DNA from: Eledone cirrhosa
Lineage: Eukaryota
Assembly (NCBI GenBank): GCA_964016885.1
Contig: OZ024764.1
Location: forward strand, 14,632,001 to 14,696,000
DNA length: 64,000 nt
Direction: 5' to 3'
Positions 26,801 through 40,200 of this stretch are shown here, one piece after another. Each line of letters opens with the position of its first letter. Position 1 is the stretch's first letter. Made by a program: the position numbers and the translations under genes. The notes under the pieces were generated by a model, which did no database searches, was not told where the DNA came from, and worked only from the letters and a program-made list of their open reading frames with translations.

Positions 26801-28922
26801 TTCCGTTCTCTCCTTCTCCCCCATCTCTTCCTTTATCTCCTTCTCCTCCTCCTGTCTCTCCTCCCCCTCTCTCTCCTCTTTATCTCCTCCGTTCTCTCCT
26901 CCCCCTCTCTCATCTTCCTTTCTTTCCTTCTCCTCCCCCTCTGCTCCCCCCTCTGCTATCACCCTAGCAGAATATATTAGGGGACTTTTTTATAATTAGG
27001 GTACACTGTGTAATGTCATGATCTCACATGACCTATGAACTCACGACATGCAATGACCTCCCATGACATGACCTATTACCTCACATGGCATGGCCTCACA
27101 CGTCGTGACCTCACACGACGTGACCTCACACGACGTGACCTCACACGACGTGACCTCACACGACGTGACCTCACACGACGTGACCTCACACGACGTGACC
27201 TCACACGACGTGACCTCACACGACGTGACCTCACACGACGTGACCTCACACGACGTGACCTCACACGACGTGACCTCACACGACGTGACCTCACACGTCG
27301 TGACCTCACACGACGTGACCGCACACGACGTGACCTCACACGTCGTGACCTCACACGTCGTGACCTCACACGACGTGACCTCACACGACGTGACCTCACA
27401 CGACGTGACCTCACACGACGTGACCTCACACGACGTGACCTCACACGTCGTGACCTCACACGACGTGGCCTCACACGTCGTGACCTCACACGACGTGACC
27501 TCACACGACGTGACCTCACACGACGTGACCTCACACGACGTGACCTCACACGACGTGACCGCACCCGACGTGACCTCACACGACGTGACCGCACACGACG
27601 TGACCTCACACGACGTGACCTCACACGACGTGACCTCACACGACGTGACCGCACCCGACGTGGCCTCGCACGTCGTCACCTCACATGTGACCTCACACGA
27701 TGTGACCTCTCGTGACACAGCCTCACATGTCATGACCTCCCGTGACGTGACCTCCTGTGACATGACCTCACATGACCTATAACCTCACGTGACATGCAAT
27801 GACCTCCCATGACCTCTCTACCAACATAATTTTACAAGAAACATATTAAGTTACTCTTTTAGTAATGAAATGGTGGATTGGCAGTGTCGGTAGAAGGTCG
27901 GACGCCATGCTTTGCAGCATAGAGTTACGGCCCTTTACGCCCTGAGTTCAAATCCCGCTGAGGTTAATTTTGCCTTTCATCCCTATCGGGTCGATAGAAT
28001 AGAGTACCAGTAATACACTGGGGTAATTGCTGGCCTTGTGCCAAAAGTAGAAACAATTATTATTATTATTGTTACAGGGCAGTGGATTGGCAGAGTCGGT
28101 AGAGGGTCAGACGCCATGCTTTGAAGCATAGAGTTACCTCCCTTTATGATCAGAGTTCAAATCCTGCCGAGGTTAACTTTGCCTTTCATCCTTACGGAGT
28201 AGATAAAATAAAGTACCAGTAATGTACTGGGATAATTGCTGGCCTTGTGCCAAAAGTAGAAACAATTATTATATATATACACTGTAATCATGTTTTTATC
28301 ATAAATATGTAATGGCTCCTGTTTTAAATAATTGTTTCTACTTTTGGCACAAGGCCAGCAATTACCCAGTGCATTACTGGTACTTTATTTTATCGACCCC
28401 GTAAGGATGAAAGGCAAAGTTAACCTCGGTGGGATTTGAACTCAGAATGGCAAGGGCCGTAACTCTATGCATCAAAACATGGCATCCAACCCTCTACCGA
28501 TACTGCCAATTTTTAAATAATTGAATAATTTTAGTAGTGAATCCCTAAAAACTTCATTAAATGACCCCATCTCTCGTTCACTCATTCCTTCCCTGTGTTC
28601 TATATCTTACAGTGGACTGCTGGTTGCTTATAGCACAATGAAGGCTTTCAATGCCAGAGATGGTCAGATGAACTGGGTCTATTTCTATGTCCACCGTTAT
28701 TGGAGGTTAGTATGTTATCTTTCACCGATATGACTCCAACAAACCAGCAACAATAAGTATTTTAAGGTCATTGAACCTAGCTAAAGCATGTTAAGTTACT
28801 ATCTTACTAATCAAATAATTATGATTTAAGAAATTCCCTCAAAATTCATTAATTAATTGAAATTCAGTGTTCTTATTTAACCTTTTAGCGTTTACATTAC
28901 TCTATATATACTATTTTTATTG

Positions 28923-28990
<68 letters not shown>

Positions 28991-30178
28991 TCTATGTCCT
29001 TTTTTTCTTTTCTTATATAAATAATAAAAATCTTTACACGCACAAAACCCACATCGTATCATCCTGTACCATCCTGTGCTCTCCTGTACCGTCCTGTACC
29101 ACCCTGTACTGTCCTGTACCACCCTGTACTATCTTGTACTATCTTGTACTGTCCTGTACCGTCCTATATCGTCCTGTGCTCTCCTGTACCGTCCTGTACC
29201 ACCCTGTACTGTCCTGTACCACCCTGTACTATCTTGTACTGTCCCGTACCATCCTATACTGTCCTATATCGTCCTGTGCTCTCCTGTACCGTCCTGTACC
29301 ACCCTGTACTGTCCTGTACCACCCTGTACTATCTTGTACTGTCCCGTACCATCCTATACCGTCCTATATCGTCCTGTGCTCTCCTGTACCGTCCTGTACC
29401 GCCCTGTACCATCCTGTACCACCCTGTACTGTCCTGTACCACCCTGTACTGTCTTGTACTATCTTGTACTGTCCTGTACCACCCTGTACTATCTTGAACT
29501 GTCCTGTACCATCCTATACCGTCCTATATCGTCCTGTGCTCTCCTGTACTGTCCTGTACCACCCTGTACCATCCTGTACCACCCTGTACTGTCCTGTACC
29601 ACCCTGTACTGTCTTGTACTATCTTGTACTGTCCTGTACCACCCTGTACTATCTTGAACTGTCCTGTACCATCCTATACCGTCCTATATCGTCCTGTGCT
29701 CTCCTGTACTGTCCTGTACCACCCTGTACCATCCTGTACCACCCTGTACTGTCCTGTACCACCCTGTACTGTCTTGTACTATCTTGTACTGTCCTGTACC
29801 ACCCTGTACTATCTTGAACTGTCCTGTACCATCCTATACCGTCCTATATCGTCCTGTGCTCTCCTGTACCATCCTCTACCATCCTCAATGTTATACTTTA
29901 TATCAACCCTTGTGGTTAATAAAGAAGACCTTATTAAATCATTATTATTATTATTATACCCTCGGAGGTTTCCCCCCCTCTTGGGGAATTTTTCATTGTT
30001 TCAATTTTCATTTTTATTGTTTATATATATATATATATGTTTCTATCTCCTTTTTTTCTTTTCTTATATAAATAATAAAAATCTTTACACACACAAAACC
30101 CACATCGTACCGCCCTGTACCACCCTGTGCCATCTGTAATGTTTTTCTTGATGTCCGCCCTGGTGGCCAATAAAGAAA

Positions 30179-30211
<33 letters not shown>

Positions 30212-30768
30212 GGTGATGCCCTGATTAACTTTTTCAAATTTTATTTGAAAAGGAAAATCAGGGTAGAGAGGGAAGTGCTCTCTTCCCAGCATTTTGTTGA
30301 AAGATGGGTGAGAGAGGCAAGAATGGCCCGAGTGAATGGGCCTACTCTGAGTATGTATCTGTAAATTAAAGGTGGAAAACTGGGAGAGGGCACTTGCCCT
30401 GGTGGTCAGGGTCTCTGCGGCCGGGGAGTTTTCTCTTCCCAGCATTTTGTTGGAAGATGGGTGAGAGAGGCAAGAATGGCCCGAGTGAATGGGCCGACTC
30501 TGAGTATGTGTCTGTAAATTAAAGGTGGAAAACTGGGAGAGGGCACTTGCCCTGGTGGTCAGGGTCACTGTGGCTTTTTAATGGGCTTTCTCCACGAATG
30601 TCCCTCGGAGGTCTCCCCCGTATTGGGGAATTTTTCATTGTTATTTTTTTGTTACATCCTCTGTTTTTGCTTTTTTACACGCAGAAATGCCCATTTGTAC
30701 CGTCCTGTATTGTCCTGTACTGTCCTTAATGTCTACTTTATGTAAACCCCTGTGGTTAATAAAGAAAG

Positions 30769-30812
<44 letters not shown>

Positions 30813-33800
30813 TTGGCAGGCTGACCCCTCCCATCCTGCTCATGATGATGGTTTATATCCCATTGTTCCGCTATATAGGGTCTGGCCCCTTCTGGCAAAC
30901 CCAAGGGATCGAGATCAACTTCTGTAAAGACTCCTGGTTTTACAACATCCTCTATATCAACAACTTCCTGCCGACAGACCAACATAAAATGGTGAGTCCC
31001 CTGGCTTCGTCCTAGTCATCACCATCATAGCCATCATAGTCATAGTCATCTCCATCATAGCCATCATAGTCATCATAGCCATCATAGCCATCATAGTCAT
31101 AGTCATCACCATCATAGCCATCATAGTCATCATAGTCATCATAGCCATCATAGCCATCATAGTCATAGTCATCACCATCATAGCCATCACCATCAGTCAT
31201 CATAGCCATCATAGTCATAGTCATCACCATCTTAGTCATCACCATCATAGCCATCACCATCATAGCCATCACCATCAGTCATCATAGCCATCATAGTCAT
31301 CATAGCCATCACCATCATAGCCATCACCATCAGTCATCATAGCCATCATAGTCATCATAGTCATCACCATCATAGTCATAGTCATCACCATCATAGCTAT
31401 CATAGTCATCACCATCATAGTCATCATAGTCATCATAGTCATCACCATCTTAGTCATCATAGCCATCATAGTCATCATAGCCATCATAGTCATAGTCATC
31501 ACCATCATAGCCATCATAGTCATAGTCATCACCATCATAGCTATCATAGTCATCACCATCATAGTCATCATAGCCATCATAGTCATCATAGCCATCATAG
31601 TCATCATAGTCATCATAGTCATCAGTCATAGCCATCATAGTCATCATCACCATCTTAGTCATCACCATCATAGTCATCATAGTCATAGTCATCACCATCG
31701 TCATCATCACCATCATTGTCTTTATTATCATAGTCGTCATCATCAGCAGCAGCAGAATCATTGTCATCACCATCATCATCACCATCATAGTCACCATCAT
31801 CACCATCACCATCACCATCATCATCATCACCATCACCATCACCATCATCACCACCATCACCATCATCACCACCACCACCATCACCATCACCATCACCACC
31901 ATCATCACCATCACCATCACCATCACCTCCATCAACATCACCATCATCACTGTCTGTCTGTGTGTATGTATGGCTCTGTGTGTTTGTCTATATCCCTCTG
32001 TCCAACTGACCACCCGCCCAAATCTGACAATCCTGTCCCCTTCTTCGTTTGCAGTGTATGGGCTGGCTGTGGTACCTCGCCAATGATATGCAGTTTTACT
32101 TGATCAGCCCTTTATTCCTGATCCTACTTTACTGGTAACTACCAGGGTTTAACCCCTTTTTATAACCATATTCTTCAGTAAACACACTGTCCCCTATACA
32201 GGGTTTAGTCCTATTTTTACCATATTTTTAAGTAAACATACTGTCCCCTCTAGAAGGTTTAACCCCTTTTTATTACTCTATCCTCTATACAGGTAACTAC
32301 CAGGGTTTAAACCCTTTTTATAGCCATATTTTTAAGTAAACACACTGTCCCCTATGGTTTTGATATAATTTTGAATATTAAGCAGTTGGAGGGCTAACTT
32401 GTAACTAACTTGTGTTCAGGTAAATATGCCCCACAGGAGGCCCTCTTCATTTTTAATGTCATTAGGGGTTCTTTACCTGATTTTCTCAACCATCGTGGAA
32501 GGTTCTGCAGGAGTAAGGGATCAATGGACAGCTTCTTGTTGCCCTGATGTCTTCATACAAATGCCCTGATATTTGCGCAGTCAGGCTGGAAGTGATATCA
32601 AAACTGGCAAATGTAAGATCAATCAGCAGGAATTTGCAGATGGCGTGGTGTTAACTTGTCAGAAGGGGATCTCCAAGTGGTGCATGGCTGGAATGAAAAT
32701 CAGTGCTGCAAAGACTGAGGCAATGGAGTTCCATTGAAGCAGATAGAGAAATTCAAGGGTCTTGGGGTAATGTTCATGAGCGATAGAAGGCAGGAGGCTG
32801 AATTAAGTACAAGAATTGCAGGAGCTGGTGCAGTTTTCAAGCCAACCCTTACTTATTGTCATGAATCTTGGGTAATGGCCGAATAAATACGATTGCAAAT
32901 ACAAGTGGCCGAAATGGGATATCTCCGAAGGGTCTTTGGAGTAATGCTACTCGATAAAGTTGATAACTTGGAGATGAGCGGGTCACTCCAGGTAGAGCTG
33001 CTACTTCTCTGAATTGAGGGATCATAGCTCCAATATTAGGAAGATGTGGGTAGAATGTCTCAGGAGAGATTTTACAGGTAGGAAAACCAACGGGTAGGAG
33101 ACCCAGGGGTAAACTCCGAGCAAGATGGTTGGATAACCATCATGAACTCTGTCTCTCTATCATTCTTTCTCTCTCTCCCCATCTCCCTTCATTTCTCTCT
33201 GTCTTTCAGGTACCCTAAAATTGGTCATGCGATCTGTGCAATTCTGTTGTTAGCCAGCTTCATAGCAACGGGCGTCATAGCAACAGCTGACAAGGCATCA
33301 GTTACTTTGTTAGGGGGGAATCAGTAAGTAAGATTAATAATGGTTGTTGTTACTTTTGTTGTTGTTTTAACTGTTGTTATTGTTGTGTGTGTATGTATAT
33401 ATATAAATATATGTGTATATTTGTATACATATATGTATGTGTGTATGTGTGTATGTGTGTATGTATGTATGTGTGTGTGTATGTATGTATGTATGTATGT
33501 ATGTATGTATGTATGTATGAGTGTGTACACATCCTTAATATTGATAATGTACACACCATTAATAATAACTTAAGTGTACACACCCATTAATTATAACAGC
33601 TAAGCACATGCACCAATTAATTATAACAGCTAAGTGTGCGTACCCATTAATTATAACAGCTAAGTGTGCACATCCCTTAATTATAACACATTAAGCATGT
33701 GTACCCATTAATTATAACAGTTAAGTGTGCACATCCATTAATTATAACAGTTGAGTGTGCACATCTATTAATTATAACAGCTAAGTGTGTGCATCCATTA

Positions 33801-36266
33801 ATTATAACAGTTAAGTGTGCACACCCATTAACTATACCAGTTAAGTGTGTGCACCCATTAATTATAACAGTTAAGTGCACACACCCATTAATTATAACAG
33901 TTAAGTGCACACACCCATTAATTATAACAGTTAAGTGCACACACCCATTAATTATAACAGTTAAGTGCGCACATCCATTAATTATAACAGTTAAGTGTGC
34001 ACACCCATTAATTATCACAGTTAAGTGTGCACATCCATTAATTATCACAGTTAAGTGTCAGCTGAAAATTTCATAGGCTGAAAAGTTCACCCTAGTGTGC
34101 CTACCCTAGTATACCCACATAAATGTACCCACCCTAATATACCCACACCTCAAACTTATATGTACCCATCCTAGTATACCCACATAAATGTACCCACCCT
34201 AATATACCCACACCTCAAACTTAAATGCACCCATCCTGATATACCTGCATAAATGTACCTACCCTAATATACCCACACCTCAAACTTAAATGCACCCATC
34301 CTGATATACCTGCATAAATGTACCTACCCTAATATACCCACACCTCAAACTTAAATGCACCCATCCTGATATACCTGCATAAATGTACCTACCCTAATAT
34401 ACCCACACCTCAAACTTATATGTACCCATCCTAGTATACCCACATAAATGTACCTACCCTAATATATCCACACCTCAAACTTATATGTACCCATCCTAGT
34501 ATACCCACATAAATGTACCTACCCTAATATATCCACACCTCAAACTTATATGTACCCATCCTAGTATACCCACATAAATGTACCCACCCTAATATAACCA
34601 CACCTCAAACTTATATGTACCCATCCTAGTATACCCACATAAATGTACCTACCCTAATATATCCACACCTCAAACTTATATGTACCCATCCTAGTATACC
34701 CACATAAATGTACCCACCCTAATATATCCACACCTCAAACTTATATGTACCCATCCTAGTATACCCACATCTCAAACTGTGACCATTTTTCAATCATGGA
34801 GGGGGTTTTGTCCATCTGTTACAGAGACAAAAGCTTTAAAGACATCTATGTGAAACCCTACACCAGAATAGGACCCTATTTAATAGGGATCATTTTTGGG
34901 TATTACCTCTATCTAACCGAGTGTAAACTTAAAATTAACAAGGTAAGCCTTTTATTTTAGGGTTTTGTTGGGGGGTGGGGGTGGGAGGGTGAGGTTACAT
35001 TGGCAAACCCTTTGAGGTTGGTTGGGTAGAAGGAAGTAGGGGTTTAAAATGGTAAGTTCTTGGGGGGGGGGGGTTTACATTGGTAATCTCTTTTGGGGGA
35101 GGGGGTATTAGAAGGAGGTAGGGTTAAGCTCTATTTTTAGGGGATGGTTGGAAGGGAGGGTTTAAATTGGAAAGCTCTTTTGTGGGGAGTGTTTTGAGGG
35201 TTTGGCAGAAATAGGTAGGGTTTAAAGTGGTAAGCTCTTTGTTTGGGGATGGCAGAGGTTTGGAAGGAGTCTTGAAATACTCCTTCGAGTGGGTCCTGTC
35301 CGAAACAACCATTTCCTAATTGAACCAGATGGATCCCCCAAGTGAGACAGGCCATGATTCTAGTCCTGTAGAAGCCATTTATATATGGAGGAGGCACATG
35401 GCTTAGCGGTTAGAGCATTGGGCTTGCATACGAAAGGTTGTGAGTTCAATTCTCAGACTGGATGATGTGTTGTTTCCTTGAGCAAGACACTTTATTTCAC
35501 ATTGCTCCAGTTTACTCAGCTGTAGAAATGAGATGATAGGGACTGGGGTCCCTATCATTCCACTGCAAAGTGGTCGTGGAGGTACCACGGCAAAAAAGCA
35601 CCCAGCACTCACTGTAAAGTGGTCGTGGAGGTGCCACGGCAAAAAAGCACCCAGCCCACACTGTAAATGAGGCTGGTGTTAGGAAGGGGATCCAGCTATA
35701 GAAATCAAGCCAGAATCAGTTCCCATCCCACCCTTGCAAGCAGGGAAAAGCGGACAGAGCACAAGCAAAGTTTGGACATATAATTAACTTCCTATTCAAC
35801 TGAACAGTCATATAGATACATGGATATTAATGTTGTCATCAACAGTTTCGTATTTACAGAGTGGAATGGATGTGACAGAGATTACAAGAGAATAGTATAA
35901 TAATTAAAGCAGTATAGAGAGTACAAATGCGTTAGGCATATACAGGACAGTTAGGTAGGAAACAAGCAATGGTACTAGGCATATATAATTACTGCATGGC
36001 AAAGGTATCACATAAAATAACATAGGTTTACAAGCATATCAAGCAGGAAAAGGTGTTTGTGTATTAAAATTATGAGTTTATGGTGGATGTAGTGTGATAA
36101 TTGTTTCTGTAATGTTCAGATGTGCATGTGTTGAGAGTATTATTATTATTCTGATGTATTTACATTGAGCTATTTCCCTTACTGGTAAAAAGGTAGTAAT
36201 GAATTACTGACCTTTCCTGTTTAGAGTTTATAGTGTATATATAACTATAAATAATATTATTATTAT

Positions 36267-36306
<40 letters not shown>

Positions 36307-36382
36307 AGTATACTGATACGAGCATATATGTATGTGTACCTGTATGTATATATATGTGTATATATATATGTATGTATGTATA

Positions 36383-36424
<42 letters not shown>

Positions 36425-37195
36425 TGCCACTGTACGTCTGTATACATATATGTATGTACGTATACATACATACTTACATTTAAGTAAGTGCCGTACTAAG
36501 AGTGAGAAATGAAATTTCGTTTTCATTTTATTTCAACTTATATATATATATATTTATTAAAATAAATATTTGCTCTACGGTTCTTATATATTTGATATAT
36601 ATTTTCCTTATCGAGCCCTCTTTGGATTTTAGTCTTCAATTTTATTATTATTACTATATATATATATATATATCTATCTATATATCTAAGGCGGGTAAAA
36701 TTCCCGAGATCCATGGACGAGTTCTCTCCAGCGGTCTCTGTCCCTCATTATCGCTGCCATATCCTGCATCTCCAACAGACCAGTGTCTGTCCTTAGGGCA
36801 TCAACATATGTTAACCTTGGTCTTCCTCTTCTAGTGTGTCCATGTAGGGGCTCCTACAGGAGCACTGAGTGCAATGTCAACTCTGGATGTCGGTGAGCAT
36901 GTCCAGCTAACCTCAGTCTCCTCTGTGTCACTTTTGAGCTGACTTTTGGGATGCTCCCATACAGCTCTGATATATATATATCATGATATATATATATCAT
37001 GATATATATATATCATGATATATATATACAGCTCTGATATATATATATCATGTTTAATATAGAAATGGATTCTACAGGACTTGAAACAGTTCTAGACCTG
37101 TAGAAGCCATTTCTATATTAAACATGATGTTTACACTCTATTAATGTATTGAGTACCTTACTAACTGTGGTAACCCACGATTGAATCCAGGACTC

Positions 37196-37237
<42 letters not shown>

Positions 37238-40200
37238 GAAATCATATCCGCTCTCTTGCTCTGGAACCCTGACTCCAGCCTGACTAGGAGTAGGAAGCTG
37301 TCATTCCCTGACGTTATCTCTAGGGATACGGGAATCAGTAGACAGGACCTGGGGGCAGCGATGGAGGACAGGGGATTCTGGGGCATGAGAGTGAGATCCA
37401 TCATCTTGACAGTAGTCGACAAATGATGATGATGATATATATACACATACAAGTATATATTCTTTGTCCCCTTATTCCTGGGAGGTTTGTGTAGTTTAGA
37501 GTCCTCAAATACTCCTTCCAGTGGGTCCTGTCAGAAGCAACCATCTTGCTTGATGTCTACTTCTGGGTCTCCTACCGGTTGGTTTTTACCCGTAAAAATC
37601 TATCCTGGGATTTTTTTTCTTGAGACATTCTAACCACATATCAGTAATATTAGAGCTGTGATCCTTCAATCTGGGGAAGTAGTGGCTCTACCTGGAGTGA
37701 CTCTCTGATCTCTGATCTCTGAGCTACAAATTCTATCAAGTAACGTGACTCAAAAGACCTTTTAGAGGAACCCCATTCCTGCCACTTGTATTGTGTCCAT
37801 TTTATCAGAGCTGTAATCTCACAATTCAGAGAAGCTGTGGCTCTACCTGGAGTGACTCTCCGATCTCTGATCTCTGAGCTACAAATTCTATCAAGTAACG
37901 TGACTCAAAAGACCTTTTAGAGGAACCCCATTCCTGCCACTTGTATTGTGTCCATTTTATCAGAGCTGTAATCTCACAATTCAGAGAAGCTGTGGCTCTA
38001 CCTGGAGTGACTCTCTGATCTCTGAACTACAAATTCTATCACCTGGAGTGACTCTCTGATCTCTGAGCTACAAATTCTATCACCTGGAGTGACTCTCTGA
38101 GCTATGCAGCACTCTGAGTAATGTTACTCCAATGATCCTTTGGAGGAACCCCATTTCTGCGCTTGTAGTCTAACCACATGTCCTTAATATCGGAGCTGTG
38201 ATCTCTCAATTCAGAGAAGTAGCAGTTCTATCTGTAACATTACAAATTCTATCAAGTAACATTACAAAGACCCTTTGGATTCCTCCGAAGATCTTTTGTC
38301 TCTCCAAAGACCCTTTGGTCCCTCCATAGAAATTTTCTGTCAGGGTTTCCAGAAAATTTGTAGAGCTCCAAATAAATAATTGTTTCTACTTTTGGCACAA
38401 GGCCAGCAATTATTCCAGTATATTACTGGTACTTTATTTTATCGACCCCGTAAGGATGAAAGGCAAAGTTAACCTCGGCGGGATTTGAACTCAGATCGTA
38501 AAGGGACGTAACTATGCTGGAAAGCATGTCCGACACACTACCGATACTGCCAACTCACCGCCCTTATAAATAAATAATGATTTCTGATATAAGCACAAGA
38601 CCAGTAATTTGGAGGAAGGGAAAGTAGATTAAATTGACCCCAGTACATTACTGATACTTTATTTTATCGACCCCTCGTAAGGATGAAAGGCAAAGTTAAC
38701 CTCGGTAGGATTTGAACACAGACCATAAAGGGCCGTAACTCTATGCTGCAAAGCATGGTGTCCGATTCTCTTCTGATAATGCCAATCCACCGCCCTAGGT
38801 CCCAAATAAATAATAGACAAGGGTCCTTCCAATGGGAGTAGTAGTGGGAGTTAGCTCCATGCAAGGCTAATCTGCCCTGCCCTGTCTGGCACACACTTAA
38901 CCACCAACTAAACTAAAGACCTGACTTAGTCCTTCCTTAGTTCTCAAACGCCACCTTTTTTTTTTTATTTTATTTTTTCAGTTCCTCAATGCAATGTTGT
39001 GGTTAATGGCAGCAGTGAGCGCCATAGCGGTCCTGTACGGTCTTTACAATGTTAACAATGGGGCCCAGATTACACAAGAGGTTATATCTTTCTATACTGC
39101 TGTCAATCGAAGTGTCTGGGGTCTCTGTCTAGGCTGGGTTGTATTTGCCTGTTGCACAGGAAATGGAGGTAAGGATCATTTTTGTTTCTTTTTGTTTTTC
39201 TCTGTTGTTTTTATCAATTTTTTCAATAATATTTCATAATTTTCCCCTAGTATATCAATTTTTTCATGACCTTTCATAATTTTTCCCCATAATATATCAA
39301 TTTTTTTTCCACGATATTTCATTTTTTCCATGATTTATTCATTTTTCTCCTGTTATATTTCCCTTGCAGGTTTTGTAAACACCCTGTTGTCATGGAAGGC
39401 ACTGATCCCTCTCAGCCGTCTCACATACTGTGCTTATCTCATTCATCCTCCAGTTTTAATCTACTTCTACTTCACTCAACGCTACCCTCTCGCTCCAACT
39501 CAAGTGACTTTTGTAAGTAAAACTCAAGATATTTTGTTTGACAAATACAAACAAAACAATAACAATCTACTAATATAAAAGGTTTGTGTATTTGTCTGTC
39601 ATGTACTAGCGATGACTGAGGAAGGAAGGGTGATTATGTCTACTGAGGAAGGAAGGGGTGATTATGTCTACTGAGGAAGGAAGGGGGTTACATCGACTGA
39701 GGAAGGAAGGGGTGATTATGTCTACTGAGGAAGGAAGGGGTGATTACTTTGTCTGAGGAAGGAAGGGGTGATTATGTCGACTGAGGAAGGAAGGGGTGAG
39801 TATGTCTACTGAGGAAGGAAGGGGGTTACATCGACTGAGGAAGGAAGGGGTGATTATGTCTACTGAGGAAGGAAGGGGTGATTACTTTGTCTGAGGAAGG
39901 AAGGGGTGATTATGTCGACTGAGGAAGGAAGGGTGAGAAACTATAGAGGCCCAACATTCTAATATTTGTCACAGCTGTGTGCTTCTATGTTTGTAACACT
40001 TGTGTGAGTGACCACGAAGGAACCAACAAACAGACATCTCTTTTTTATATTATGTATAGATATTACAATTAGCCACCATTTTTGACGTTGCGGGACCAGC
40101 TAGTGATAATGATAATGCTGAAATACTAACTCACACCCTCAGTTGCTCTTTGTTTCTCTATTTCAGGTGTTTATCTTTTTAGGCTGTTTCGTTGCCACCT

